The translations under genes were made by a program, and so were the position numbers. From a virus (taxonomy: Duplodnaviria; Caudoviricetes), in IMG/VR virus record IMGVR_UViG_3300028832_000109, positions 1 through 64,000 of that record: DNA of 64,000 nucleotides; one strand, written 5' to 3'. This document shows, one piece after another, positions 48,157-57,950 of the stretch. The notes under the pieces were generated by a model that was not told the origin of the DNA, did not search any database, and saw only the letters and a program-made list of their open reading frames with translations. The number at the start of each line of letters is the position of its first letter. Within the stretch, counting starts at the first letter, position 1.

Positions 48157-50175
48157 CTAATCCCTCCCTACCATGCTCTCGTTAATCTGTCGCCCCTGCA
48201 GGCGTGCGTTTTCCTCGTTCTGCCTCTGGACATCCGCGTCGGTAAGGGCACGTTTTGAGCCCATATACATGGCATCCTCCATGCGCTTTGCCTGCTCGGC
48301 CGCGGTTTCGACCCGCTCGGGCTCGGCCTTCACCCCCGGTGTTGAGACGGTAGGTGCCGACGTCTGTTCAAGATTACCAGCTGCCAGCTTCGTGTGCCCG
48401 GAACGGTATGACTCGGCGAACCGGTTCATGGCATCTTCGTCCTTAGTATCCACGCCAGCTTCCCTGGCGGCCCTCACTACCTCATATCGCTCCGCTTTGA
48501 GCCGTCTGGATTTTTCAACTGCGGTATCAAGTTCCGCCTCACGCTTTTCAAGCTCTGTTGTGTAGACTTTCTCCCCGGCGACGTTTTCGGTAACGAAGTT
48601 CACAACACCGCCGACCGCCCGGTCGACTATGCCCAATGCCGACGCACTTTCCTTCGCGGCTGCCGCGCGGGCTTCATTCTCAGCCTTGACGGCCTCGATA
48701 GACTCGTTGTTCCACCCATGCTTGTAGCGGTCTAGGGAATCGTTGTTCTTCTTCGTCATCTCCTCGATATGACGCTGGGTCTCGTTACCGGATTTTACCA
48801 AGTCAGCAACAAGGCCAACGCCTTCGGCTATCTTATTTATAGAAGCCAATGCGGCAACGATGAGCGCACCGGTCGCGCCACCCTTGCCCGCACTCTTAAG
48901 ATTGACATTGCTTGTAATAGAGTCAAACAAATCCCCGTCGTTGGCCTTCTTGAAGAATTCCGTACCTTCCCGGTAAAACTCAGGGCGAACCTGCGTGTCC
49001 AGCTTGCGCTGTATGTCGTGCAGCTCCTTGTCATTGGCCTTCTTGAAGAATTCCATACCTTCCCGGTAAAGGTCAGGGCGAACCTGCGTGTCCAGCTTAC
49101 GCTGTATGTCGTGCAGCTCCTTGTCATTGGCATTCTTGAAGAATTCCGTACCTTCCCGGTAAAAGTCAGGGTGAACCTGCGTGTCCGGCTTTCGCTGTAT
49201 GTCGTGCAGCTCCTTGTCATCCGGAGCGGCTCCCGGCCTGCCCGGTGCACGTTCCGGGCGGTCAGCCATATCCTGTGTCCGGACGATGTTGTCATTTGCG
49301 GGAGCCGACGCGCCGAGGTTATCCGAAGCGCGGGCATCTCCGATATCCTTGTGGATGCCCGCATTGCGAGAGCCCATGACGTCGGCCATCCGCATCTCGA
49401 CAAGGTCGTTCATCGGGTCGCGAGAGCGTTCCTCGATACGGTGAGCCGCTTCCTCCATCTTGTCCTGTCGGGCACTGATGGCTTCCAGTATCTCGGTAAG
49501 CTCGTCTTCGGTAGCGTTGTCACGTTTAGCCTTGCGGTATTTCGCCCCGAGCCGCTCAATCGCGCGTGATTCCCTCTTTATTTCCCCGCGGTCCTTGGCA
49601 TCCGCCTTGGCTTCCTTCCTGATGTTACGGTCGGCAATCCAGTTTTTCGCGCTGTTTACGAACCCGAAGCCAAGGCTATCCAGGGCCTTCTCGCCGAATG
49701 TTCGCATGTCGGCGTTGCTGGACAACGCGGCCTTTATCGTGTTTCCTCCAAAGGATTCCCGCAAAGTCTTCTGGAAATCAAATTCTTCGAAAGCCTGTTT
49801 CAGGGCCCGGGCCTGCGTTTCCGCGGCAGTGGCCGGAGTTACCTCGAACGCCTTTGCCCAGAACCCGGCATCCCCGCGCTGCGGCCCTATTTCTCGGTTA
49901 GACTGCTCCAGCGCGGCGCGGTTCTGCGCCATCGCGTCCTCGTAGTAACGACGGTCCGTGTCCACCTGTTTCAGCGACTCGGTCAACTTTGAACCGAGCG
50001 CGGCGAAGAAGTTGCTCGACGGGTCGGACAGTGTGTCGTTGAGGTAATTCACCTCCTCGGTCAACGAGCTCGCGACACCGGACATCCCGTCCAGCTTCCT
50101 TTCGAGCGACTGCAGGGTATCGACAGTAGCCTGTCCCTGCTTGCTCAGCATTTCAAGATTGGTTAAACCCGCCAT
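48157..50175 (-). CDS. tape-measure-like (gp29-like) protein
   Basis: 672 aa, helical and Ala-rich, with GGATGALIVAALA. First gene of the baseplate operon. TATAAACT (minus) at 50195-50202. Confidence 0.6.
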   Translation of the reverse strand: MAGLTNLEMLSKQGQATVDTLQSLERKLDGMSGVASSLTEEVNYLNDTLSDPSSNFFAALGSKLTESLKQVDTDRRYYEDAMAQNRAALEQSNREIGPQRGDAGFWAKAFEVTPATAAETQARALKQAFEEFDFQKTLRESFGGNTIKAALSSNADMRTFGEKALDSLGFGFVNSAKNWIADRNIRKEAKADAKDRGEIKRESRAIERLGAKYRKAKRDNATEDELTEILEAISARQDKMEEAAHRIEERSRDPMNDLVEMRMADVMGSRNAGIHKDIGDARASDNLGASAPANDNIVRTQDMADRPERAPGRPGAAPDDKELHDIQRKPDTQVHPDFYREGTEFFKNANDKELHDIQRKLDTQVRPDLYREGMEFFKKANDKELHDIQRKLDTQVRPEFYREGTEFFKKANDGDLFDSITSNVNLKSAGKGGATGALIVAALASINKIAEGVGLVADLVKSGNETQRHIEEMTKKNNDSLDRYKHGWNNESIEAVKAENEARAAAAKESASALGIVDRAVGGVVNFVTENVAGEKVYTTELEKREAELDTAVEKSRRLKAERYEVVRAAREAGVDTKDEDAMNRFAESYRSGHTKLAAGNLEQTSAPTVSTPGVKAEPERVETAAEQAKRMEDAMYMGSKRALTDADVQRQNEENARLQGRQINESMVGRD
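48941..49219 (-). repeat. 93-bp tandem repeat x3 (31 aa)
   Basis: Units start at 48941, 49034 and 49127. They encode DKELHDIQRKxDTQVxPxxYREGxEFFKxAN and are nearly identical in DNA. Confidence 0.95.
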
Positions 50176-50215
50176 CTACTGACCTCAAATCAGCAGTTTA
50201 TATGGCGGGAGGAGC

Positions 50216-50704
50216 CTAAATCCGTCTCATGATTTCGGCCAAGGCTGACTTCGGGTCCTTATACAGTATGGCCTGCCCGCCTGCAGCAATGAACCCGTCC
50301 ACGTTCTTGTCCGTGTCGTCGACAAGCAGGCGGTCGGGCCTGGCGAACTTTGCCTTGTCCTCGCCGTGGCGAACGATTATCAGGTGCTCGTTGTCGATAT
50401 CGGTATTCCAGTGGGTCCAGAGGGTCTTTCCCTTGACCCCGGCGGGCATCTCGATTGCCGTGAGAATGCCCATCTCTATTCCGGTAGCGTTGCAAAGCTC
50501 GCGGCACGCCGCGAAGAAGGCATCGGCGCCGGGCATCCACTTCATGTTGGCCCAGAAATCCGGTCCTATCCGTCGGGGAATGTCCCAGTCGATTGCGCTA
50601 GGGCTCTTCCCCGCAAACTTGCGGCATCCGAACTCCTCGACTCGGGAGTCGAAGTCGACCAGAACGCCATCCATGTCAAGATACAGCCGGTTAATGTTAC
50701 CCAT
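50216..50704 (-). CDS. HAD 5'(3')-deoxyribonucleotidase-like protein
   Basis: LYLDMDGVLVDF, ILTA, LLVDD..KN...F..AGG. TTGCTATATTT at 50713-50723. Confidence 0.85.
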   Translation of the reverse strand: MGNINRLYLDMDGVLVDFDSRVEEFGCRKFAGKSPSAIDWDIPRRIGPDFWANMKWMPGADAFFAACRELCNATGIEMGILTAIEMPAGVKGKTLWTHWNTDIDNEHLIIVRHGEDKAKFARPDRLLVDDTDKNVDGFIAAGGQAILYKDPKSALAEIMRRI

Positions 50705-50733
50705 AGGATTCCAAATATAGCAAAAACAAAAGT

Positions 50734-50947
50734 TTATGCCAGCTCAGCGGTAAGTTCGGAACCACGGTCCGGGGTATAGTACATCGCGTTGAACCGCATG
50801 TTGGCATAACGGGCAAGTTCGAGGAACTCCGGTATGAACATGTGGTCACAGTCTTCGAATGTGTTGCTAGTCATCTCGGAGATTATGCACTTGTCCTGCA
50901 CAATCTCCTTCTTGCTAAAGCGAGGCCACAAACTCAAAATATCGAAA
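50734..50947 (-). CDS. short chaperone-associated ORF, candidate +1 frameshift extension
   Basis: Open frame FDILSLWPRFSKKEIVQDK...TFEDCDHMFIPEF overlaps the chaperone 3' end. Confidence 0.5.
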
Positions 50948-52693
50948 CGGATACGGCACGGATGCCGCACCTCCGCACCTTGGGCACTTCAACGTAACCA
51001 TGGTCTTCACCGTCATCTGCGCATCGAGAACGGCCTGCATGAAGTCGCGCTTAGCATACAGGGGGTACTTCTCGATGTAGTCAATTTTGTCGCTTATGGT
51101 TTCGCAGTCCTCAATCTCGACGATGACGGCCAGGTTGAGCGCCTTGCGCTTCCATTTCGGGAAAGCCATGCGGTTGGCATTCTCCCATCCATGCACGTAT
51201 TCCTCGCTGATGCGGTCATGCTTCCTGCGGCGGAGGTATATGTTACAGACGCGTCCGTCGCACAGGTCGTACGTCACGCATCCGTTCTGCATGTGCTTGG
51301 CCGCGACTTCCTCGGGGGAGCCGTCCATGATGAAGGACATGTAGCTGAACGACGGCGACTCCACCATAGACAGCGATTCGGCGTCGTGGTACTTGCGATG
51401 GCAATGCGGGCACTCGAACCGCACTCTCGGAAGCCCATAGTTCTGTTCCGGGTATGATGACGCGCGGAGCCAGTACATGAGGAACTCCTCGTCGCAAGTG
51501 AGGATATCTTCCGGGGACACTCCGCGCACCCTGCGCGAAATAACGGTGGAAAGCACGCTAGTTATGTCGTCCTCGTCCACTTCGCTGAGCATGAACGCGT
51601 CGACAGTCTGCAACGCCTGGGCGAACACCTTTCCCGTATAGAACAGGCCGTGAGACGGCCATCCGCTCACCTCGGTGAACACTTCGAAGTTCCGGTCCGG
51701 GCGGCACGGGTCGAATCCCATTACCCGGGGGAGGACTAGTCCTGCCTGCGCCCTGTTCGGCGCGGCCGGTGTCTGTACTGCCTGCGGCTCCTGCGCAGGA
51801 TGGTCCGGTTCGGCCGGGACGGGTTCTGCCGGATACTCCGCACGCATTTCGGCCTCGGGCAATTCCGGGAATTCCCTCGGGGCAGGCATGGCACCCGGCT
51901 CGATTGCCGCTGGACGGTATGCCGGGAATTCCTGCGCCAGATGTGGCGGAAGGGGTCTGGCCGCAATGGGACCCTGCGCCTGGAGCCGAGATTGGTTCAT
52001 CGACTGCTGAATGGGCAAGTTCGATTGCATGGGAGCATTCATAGAGGAAACCGGCTCGCGCTGCCGGAGGGGGGAATTGGCGGCGAAATCGGATGGCCGT
52101 AGTTCCGGCCCCACCATGTATGGTGCGGGTTCCTGTATTGGTTGCGGCATCCTACGCATGTCGACCGCTCCCGGATGTATTGTATCGTGATGCTCAAGGA
52201 AAGTATCCCTGGACCGTTCGCGTGAATTCTTGACCATGTTGATGAGCTCTATGTCGCCCGCCGTCAACGAAAGTGACGAATCCTGCCCCGGGGCCGATGG
52301 CTCCGGCTGTTCGGGCAACGGTATGGCCGGCGCTATCGGGCGAAAGTCGGTATGCGGGGTTTCCGGGAGGTTCACCTGTGCAGGCTCCTGCCGTACCATC
52401 CCGCGCTTCCCGCGTCGTTTCACCGGCTTCTGCTCAACTTCCGAGGGTGGAACCCGAATATCGCCGGTAGGTTCGCCAGCAAGAAGCCGGGCCCGGCGCT
52501 TCTGCACCTCCGCGTTCTTCCGCGTCATGTCGTCCGCAAGCTCTTTCTGCTCCCGGAGCATGGTTTCCCGTAACTGAGGGTCTACCCCGTTGGCCAGCCC
52601 CATCGATGCCTGGGCGGCAGCCGCGCTCATTCCCTGGGCGAGAAGCTGCTTCGTCTTGCTATCGTATTCCTCGAGATTCGTAGAATCACTCAT
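50915..52693 (-). CDS. tail or baseplate-hub assembly chaperone (gp26-like C-terminal domain, long Pro-rich N-terminus)
   Basis: PSHGLFY, DEEFLMYWLRASSY, CPHC...CPRCG. Upstream of the tape-measure-like gene. Confidence 0.75.
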   Translation of the reverse strand: MSDSTNLEEYDSKTKQLLAQGMSAAAAQASMGLANGVDPQLRETMLREQKELADDMTRKNAEVQKRRARLLAGEPTGDIRVPPSEVEQKPVKRRGKRGMVRQEPAQVNLPETPHTDFRPIAPAIPLPEQPEPSAPGQDSSLSLTAGDIELINMVKNSRERSRDTFLEHHDTIHPGAVDMRRMPQPIQEPAPYMVGPELRPSDFAANSPLRQREPVSSMNAPMQSNLPIQQSMNQSRLQAQGPIAARPLPPHLAQEFPAYRPAAIEPGAMPAPREFPELPEAEMRAEYPAEPVPAEPDHPAQEPQAVQTPAAPNRAQAGLVLPRVMGFDPCRPDRNFEVFTEVSGWPSHGLFYTGKVFAQALQTVDAFMLSEVDEDDITSVLSTVISRRVRGVSPEDILTCDEEFLMYWLRASSYPEQNYGLPRVRFECPHCHRKYHDAESLSMVESPSFSYMSFIMDGSPEEVAAKHMQNGCVTYDLCDGRVCNIYLRRRKHDRISEEYVHGWENANRMAFPKWKRKALNLAVIVEIEDCETISDKIDYIEKYPLYAKRDFMQAVLDAQMTVKTMVTLKCPRCGGAASVPYPFRYFEFVASL

Positions 52694-52971
52694 CGTGACA
52701 CCTCCCCTACTACAAATGTGTAACGTGGACCTTTGTATTGCATCCCGTTCGCCAGGGTTATTTCAATGATTTCTCCACCAGAAGTTTTGTTCAACGAGCT
52801 GGCGACGTTCTTGGCGTCTTCCAAGGTCGGGTACTTTGTTTCAAGCGGAAGAGGCGCCGATACTTCGCGGTCTTCATATGAACGGGAACGACCCGGGCGG
52901 TCCGGGTCCGGGTCGGCTTCGAGACTCAAGTTGTCATACTTGACAACGCAGAATCTTCCCTCGTCTTCCAT
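52690..52971 (-). CDS. hypothetical protein
   Basis: 93 aa, coupled on both sides. Confidence 0.6.
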   Translation of the reverse strand: MEDEGRFCVVKYDNLSLEADPDPDRPGRSRSYEDREVSAPLPLETKYPTLEDAKNVASSLNKTSGGEIIEITLANGMQYKGPRYTFVVGEVSR

Positions 52972-54512
52972 TACTTCTCCGTGTCACCGGTCGTCGCTGT
53001 ACCGTCGGCCAGTGGGCTAGTTTGTTCCGCTTCTTTCGACTTTTTGAGCTTGGCCATGCCTTCGTCGAACCTTGCCTTGAGAGCGAGGCTCACGCGGCGA
53101 CCGAGCATCGAGTGGAAGTAGCCGGACAGGACGGCCGGGTCGGACACCAGACGGTGTTCCATCAGGGTACGCTGCTTGGTGTAGGCCTCGTCCCAGTTGA
53201 CCGTGATGCGCCACTTCTCGATGATGGCATGAAGCTCGGCGGGCCTGATGTTATTGCCGAACACGAAATTAGGGCCGCACTCGTTGCAGAGATGCACGCC
53301 CTTGTCGAAATGCGCGTCGGCAATCTGGGCGAACACAACCGAGCCGGAAGCTACCGCGAGAAGAGCGTCCGTGTCGGTAATGGTAATGTTGTAGATGTCG
53401 CTCTCCACCGTTTCCGGTTCCGTCAGGATGACAAAGTCGAACCCGGCGTCACGTTCCATGGCCATCGTCTCGGTGATGTTCTTTTCGGTGACGTACGGGT
53501 TGGCCCAGTGCATGACATGGCGGACAATCGGAGGGAGCTTCTTCCCGCCAACCGACATGCGCGGGGCAAGAAGCTTCATGAGGCGCGGGTCGAGGTCACA
53601 GACAGTGGAAAGTGTGAACTCGTACTCGTTGCACGAGTGGATGATGAAGTTCTGGACACCTTGCGGTATGTCGGTACCCTTGACGAGAATCTTCGGCTTG
53701 CTGATGGATGTGTATCCATCGCTTGCCTTGAGGAAGACCTTGTGAGTCGGGTAGAAGAAGCTGGAGACATATGTCGGGATGACCACGATGTCCTTGTCCA
53801 TTGGCGTAAGTTTCAGCTGTTCGAGCGCGATACGGAGCTCGTTATTCGGAACGACAACCGTGTCGGCGTAGCTCAGGCAGTCCGTAACAATCTTGGCCTC
53901 GACTATCGACTTGTTGCGGGCAACCGGGGCATCCCACACGAACTCATCGAGCGTGTATACGACGCGGAGTGTCAAGGAACGGTACTCGTTCGCCTGCGCC
54001 ATGTACTTGTCATAGACGGTACCGGCCTCGCGCAATTCGGTAAGTTTCTTGTCGACGCTAGCGAGGTATTCCTCGATGGCCTTCTCATCGTCCCCAAGTG
54101 CGGCGACCCTGCTGTCCACCGCGTCCTGGAATTCCTCGTACGCCTTCTGGGCGGGCTCGTTTTCCACGCGCACCCGTTCGGCATCTTCCTTCCAACCCGG
54201 CGCCACGCGTTCGAAAGCGTTACGCATGCTTTCGACGATGATGTCGTTGAACTCGCGACTGATGATATTGTCGACCCAGACCACGCTGTACACTGAGAGG
54301 TCGGGCTTTGTCCGGCAGAATGTCTTGCTGTCCATCGTGGTCATCGTGACTTCGGCGATGGTACTGTAGAACTGCTTGAACTGCTGCATCGCGTCGTAAC
54401 CGCGAACGCAGGACAGACGGGATTTCCCGTCGGTGATAAAGAGGACGTTGAACTCGCGCTTCGTTTCCAGAATTTGGTTGAGGCGCTCCTCGATTTTCTT
54501 GGTGTAATCCAT
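52971..54512 (-). CDS. glycosyltransferase-like (GT-B) protein with a coiled-coil insertion
   Basis: VVYTLDEFVWD...ADTVVVPNNELR...IVVIPTY resembles phage GT-B proteins. Confidence 0.5.
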   Translation of the reverse strand: MDYTKKIEERLNQILETKREFNVLFITDGKSRLSCVRGYDAMQQFKQFYSTIAEVTMTTMDSKTFCRTKPDLSVYSVVWVDNIISREFNDIIVESMRNAFERVAPGWKEDAERVRVENEPAQKAYEEFQDAVDSRVAALGDDEKAIEEYLASVDKKLTELREAGTVYDKYMAQANEYRSLTLRVVYTLDEFVWDAPVARNKSIVEAKIVTDCLSYADTVVVPNNELRIALEQLKLTPMDKDIVVIPTYVSSFFYPTHKVFLKASDGYTSISKPKILVKGTDIPQGVQNFIIHSCNEYEFTLSTVCDLDPRLMKLLAPRMSVGGKKLPPIVRHVMHWANPYVTEKNITETMAMERDAGFDFVILTEPETVESDIYNITITDTDALLAVASGSVVFAQIADAHFDKGVHLCNECGPNFVFGNNIRPAELHAIIEKWRITVNWDEAYTKQRTLMEHRLVSDPAVLSGYFHSMLGRRVSLALKARFDEGMAKLKKSKEAEQTSPLADGTATTGDTEK

Positions 54513-54602
54513 CTCGCTAGTTTCCTTGGTAAGAGTGTCCCGGGCAGGATTATCCCGGGTCGGAAGTTCCTTTGCAAGGAAAACTAGTGCATTTCGGTCT
54601 TA

Positions 54603-55712
54603 CTATGTCGGATAAGTGGCCAAAATTCCGAGAATCTTCTCTTTTGGGTCCTCCCCGGACCAGAAAGTGGGCAGGGACTCCGGGTAACGGTCCATGTACA
54701 TGGCGGCCATGGATATGCTGTCCGACCCGAGTATCCGGCGGGTCTCCTCGTCGTCGAGCCGGCGGGCCTCATCCACGGTGGACACCTCGCCACCATACGG
54801 GACCGGCTTTACGTACAGCGGGTTGGCCGCGTTCAGCTTCTTCTTGCGCTCGCACGAATCGTCGAACGCCCGGCTGTTGAGGAAGCAGTAGCGAACAAAA
54901 CAGTTCGACAGGTCACCCAGGCCGTCAAGGTGTTCGTCATCCACATCCACGAAACGCGGGGACATGGTGTTCTCGACGAACTCCACCTGGCCGTCATCGT
55001 CCATCACATAGTACCCGCACTTGGTTCCAACGTGCGCGAACGAAAGCTGGTACGGGGTCCCGAGATACATGATGTATGAATTCGGGTCCTTCCCCTTGTT
55101 CAGGGACTTGCAATGGTAGTGCCCGCTTATCACGCGGGTAGCCGCCTTGTAGAACTTTTCCGGGGGGAGGCCGACGTCGGATATCCTCCCGCCCTCCATC
55201 AGGCAGTCCATGATGTCGAAATGCCCGAACAGGACGGTCTTCTCCCGGACAGCCTTGGGTTTCTTGGCCAGCGCGGATAGCCAGTCGCTGAACGCGGGGA
55301 GCTTGTCCGGGAATATCCACGGTACCATGTACCAGGTCAGCCCGTTGAGCTCGAGCTTCTCTATCCCGGAACGGTACACATGAACGTTCGGCAGGAGTTC
55401 GAGCAGCGCGAGGGAGCTCAGCGATTCCTTGTTCTCGTAGAGATAGTCGTGGTTGCCGGCTATGACGTGCACGTCGAAGTCGCGCATCATGTCCCGGAAG
55501 AGGTGTATGGCGTATGTCATCACCTCGATTGTCATGAACGGGCGGATTGTGAACACGTCGCCGCTCAGCAGGATGGTCTTAATGCCCCTCGCGCGGAACT
55601 CGTCGAGCATCGCCTGGTGCAGCTTCGGGTACCAGGAAACAACATGCTCCTTGATGGTGTTCTGTTCGCATTTGGGGCCAAGATGTAGGTCTCCGACGAT
55701 TCCTATCGGCAT
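54603..55712 (-). CDS. Mre11/SbcD-like recombination nuclease (T4 gp47-like)
   Basis: GDLHLG, SGDVF, AGNHD, FGHF, SGHYH, YLGTPYQ. Confidence 0.92.
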   Translation of the reverse strand: MPIGIVGDLHLGPKCEQNTIKEHVVSWYPKLHQAMLDEFRARGIKTILLSGDVFTIRPFMTIEVMTYAIHLFRDMMRDFDVHVIAGNHDYLYENKESLSSLALLELLPNVHVYRSGIEKLELNGLTWYMVPWIFPDKLPAFSDWLSALAKKPKAVREKTVLFGHFDIMDCLMEGGRISDVGLPPEKFYKAATRVISGHYHCKSLNKGKDPNSYIMYLGTPYQLSFAHVGTKCGYYVMDDDGQVEFVENTMSPRFVDVDDEHLDGLGDLSNCFVRYCFLNSRAFDDSCERKKKLNAANPLYVKPVPYGGEVSTVDEARRLDDEETRRILGSDSISMAAMYMDRYPESLPTFWSGEDPKEKILGILATYPT

Positions 55713-56269
55713 CTGTCATTCTCCGTGGTTTTATCGCGACCGCTAACGATACGGTCGAAAAGTTCCTTGATTGGAAGACGGGTTTCCTCGGTCCTCCCGT
55801 CCGCGGTGTGCACAGTGGTGCGGATGTCGGGAAATTCCGGCGTAAAGGAACGCTCATCCGGGTCCATCGCCTTTTTCTTCCACTCCGTCCAGCATTCCTT
55901 GCACAGGGGAAGTATGTACCCGCGGGTCATCATTACAGGATAAGCGCCGCACTTGGCACAGAACGCCTGCGACACACCCTCGTAGAGCCGGGTGACCTCG
56001 GCCAGTCGTCTGGAATTCCCCGTACGCCCCCAGTACCACCTTAGGCCACCGAACTTTTCCTTGACGTCGATTACGCGCAAGTCGTCGAGCTTTTGCCCGT
56101 CCTCCTTGGCGGCATTGGCGAAGTCATTCAGCATCTGGCTCCCGAAAGCGGCCATCCATCCCTTTGGGATGCCGGACAGGTAGGTCTGCCCCGGTATGAC
56201 GGTATCGTCGACCCGGCGGACCTGGATAAAGGGATAACGTTCGAGAAGTTCTGATTCCTGGTTAGTCAT
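55703..56269 (-). CDS. conserved hypothetical phage protein
   Basis: GW...DVKEKFGGLRWY...CAKCG...LCKEC. TTGCTATATTT at 56294-56304. Confidence 0.75.
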   Translation of the reverse strand: MTNQESELLERYPFIQVRRVDDTVIPGQTYLSGIPKGWMAAFGSQMLNDFANAAKEDGQKLDDLRVIDVKEKFGGLRWYWGRTGNSRRLAEVTRLYEGVSQAFCAKCGAYPVMMTRGYILPLCKECWTEWKKKAMDPDERSFTPEFPDIRTTVHTADGRTEETRLPIKELFDRIVSGRDKTTENDRCR

Positions 56270-56306
56270 TGGAGTTCCTCGTTGCTATCCGGCAAATATA
56301 GCAAAA

Positions 56307-57083
56307 CTACTGCGCGGCATCCCCGTCCTGGTCCCGTGGACCGTCCAGCAGACGCTCGTTGTACTTAGTATGCAAGTCGGCCATGACATCGGCCTCGCCC
56401 TCTTCCGCCCATTTTGCAAGCCAACTGTTCGTGTCCTGCGGAGTGACGACGATGGCGTCCTCGGCGACGACTTCCCCTCCGGGAACGAGCGTGGTTCCGC
56501 CCGGGCCCTTGCCGGGTGCCGCCCCAGTCTGCTGCCTGTGGGCTTCCTCCTCCTTACGAAGCATGACCAGCGCCTCCCGGATGCTGTCGAGCATCTTCAG
56601 CATAAGGGCCATCTGGTGCTGGTAGCTCGCCCAGTCTGCCGGTTCTGGGTTCACCAGGTCGTTGATGTCGTTCTCTATCCTAGTGAGCATGACCTTTCCG
56701 CGGCGGAACAGCTCCATGTACTGGTCCCTGAGCGCGTGGCGGTCCTCCGCGAGGGTTTCTATGCTGAACCCGGCGGACAGCTCCTCCTCCCCGGAAAGCG
56801 CGAGCTTCTCCTTTGAGTCGATAATGTCCTTTTTCGACTTCAGCGCCTTGGCCTCGTTAGAAATCTCCTTGACTTCCTTCTTGGTCGCGGCGAGCCCCTG
56901 CTTGGTCGAGCCTCGGGGAAGCCCAAGAGCATCCTCGACCCCCTCGAACGGGTTGGCCTTGTTTTTCGCGGGCGGTTCCGGAGCGGCAGTGTCCGGCTTT
57001 TCTACCGACATGGGATTGGAGGTAAAGTCCACGTCAAAAACGGATTCCGCGTCCACGGTGTCGTTTCCATGGTACTCGCTCAT
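56307..57083 (-). CDS. putative terminase small subunit (gp16-like)
   Basis: Helical D...R....EL...G...L core with a TxxxL tail, as in T4-like gp16. Weak support. Confidence 0.4.
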   Translation of the reverse strand: MSEYHGNDTVDAESVFDVDFTSNPMSVEKPDTAAPEPPAKNKANPFEGVEDALGLPRGSTKQGLAATKKEVKEISNEAKALKSKKDIIDSKEKLALSGEEELSAGFSIETLAEDRHALRDQYMELFRRGKVMLTRIENDINDLVNPEPADWASYQHQMALMLKMLDSIREALVMLRKEEEAHRQQTGAAPGKGPGGTTLVPGGEVVAEDAIVVTPQDTNSWLAKWAEEGEADVMADLHTKYNERLLDGPRDQDGDAAQ

Positions 57084-57328
57084 CCAAGGACCGCCTTTTT
57101 CTTTTCAAGTGGTATCCCGTCCACAATCGGGGGCTTACCCTCAGCCAACTGGCGCGTGGTTTGCTCCGGGATGTCGCCATCGTGCTGGTACAGCTTTTTC
57201 ACCGCATCAGCCAGGCTCAACTGCTCGCCAGTATCCTCGTCGACAGCCGGCGCGTCCATTGGTGGATACACGTGGCCGGAATCCGGAGATGGTTTCTCTT
57301 CGGTTAAAGCGTTATTCTCTTCACTCAT
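57080..57328 (-). CDS. small acidic hypothetical protein
   Basis: MSEENN start overlaps the upstream stop. Confidence 0.55.
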   Translation of the reverse strand: MSEENNALTEEKPSPDSGHVYPPMDAPAVDEDTGEQLSLADAVKKLYQHDGDIPEQTTRQLAEGKPPIVDGIPLEKKKAVLG

Positions 57329-57852
57329 CTTGGCATCCTCGGGTTGCGAACCACTATAATTTTTCCGATTTCGGTACCGAAATTGTGCACTCGCACCATA
57401 GCGTCGGCATTCCTGGCATAATAGCGTATGTTGTCCTGCATATTTTCGAGAAACTTGACGAAATCCTCCTGGCATTCGAGACGCTCCTTGATGTCAACCA
57501 GGTCAGGGTCACCTTCCAGCATTATGGTTTCGCCTTCCTTGGACGGAATCCACTTGTGCTTTGTCGTAGCTATCCGCACGTATACGTCGCGTTTCGCCTT
57601 GTTGTACTGCTTGCGAAGGGCGTTGAGTTTCAGCTTGTTTTTGAATGCCAGCATGGCTATATGTATAGCGTTCTCGCCCATGTTGTAGTTGCCCTGACGG
57701 TAGACTACATTCGGGTCGGGTTCACCGTTATCGTCGGTTGTCCGGAGCGCCTCGGCACACCATTGCCTCAGACGCGCTATCTGCACATTCACCGGGTCAT
57801 TCTGGTTTCCCACCATCTCGTTGATGGCGTCTTCATCTATAGAAAAGGGCAT
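57325..57852 (-). CDS. UvsY-like recombination mediator
   Basis: LEGDPDLVDIKERLE....VKFLE...DNIR...RN......F. Confidence 0.65.
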   Translation of the reverse strand: MPFSIDEDAINEMVGNQNDPVNVQIARLRQWCAEALRTTDDNGEPDPNVVYRQGNYNMGENAIHIAMLAFKNKLKLNALRKQYNKAKRDVYVRIATTKHKWIPSKEGETIMLEGDPDLVDIKERLECQEDFVKFLENMQDNIRYYARNADAMVRVHNFGTEIGKIIVVRNPRMPR

Positions 57853-57904
57853 ATTCGTTCCTCTCCAATGAAAACTAACAATTTTTTATCGGAAATGCAA
57901 CAAG

Positions 57905-57925
57905 AAAGGGGGCCGAAGCCCCCTT
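57905..57925 (-). terminator. intrinsic terminator after the sheath-tube operon
   Basis: AAGGGGGC-CGAA-GCCCCCTT (TTCG loop and T-run on the minus strand). Confidence 0.8.
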
Positions 57926-57950
57926 GCCTGCAAGTTTTTCACGGTTAACG

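Noticed and set aside
48941-49219. CRISPR array
   Set aside because: The units are contiguous and in-frame, with no unique spacers and no cas genes.
50731-50737. Additional ATAAACT copy
   Set aside because: It coincides with a TAA stop, and the downstream gene already has the other promoter motif, so it is ambiguous and was not counted.
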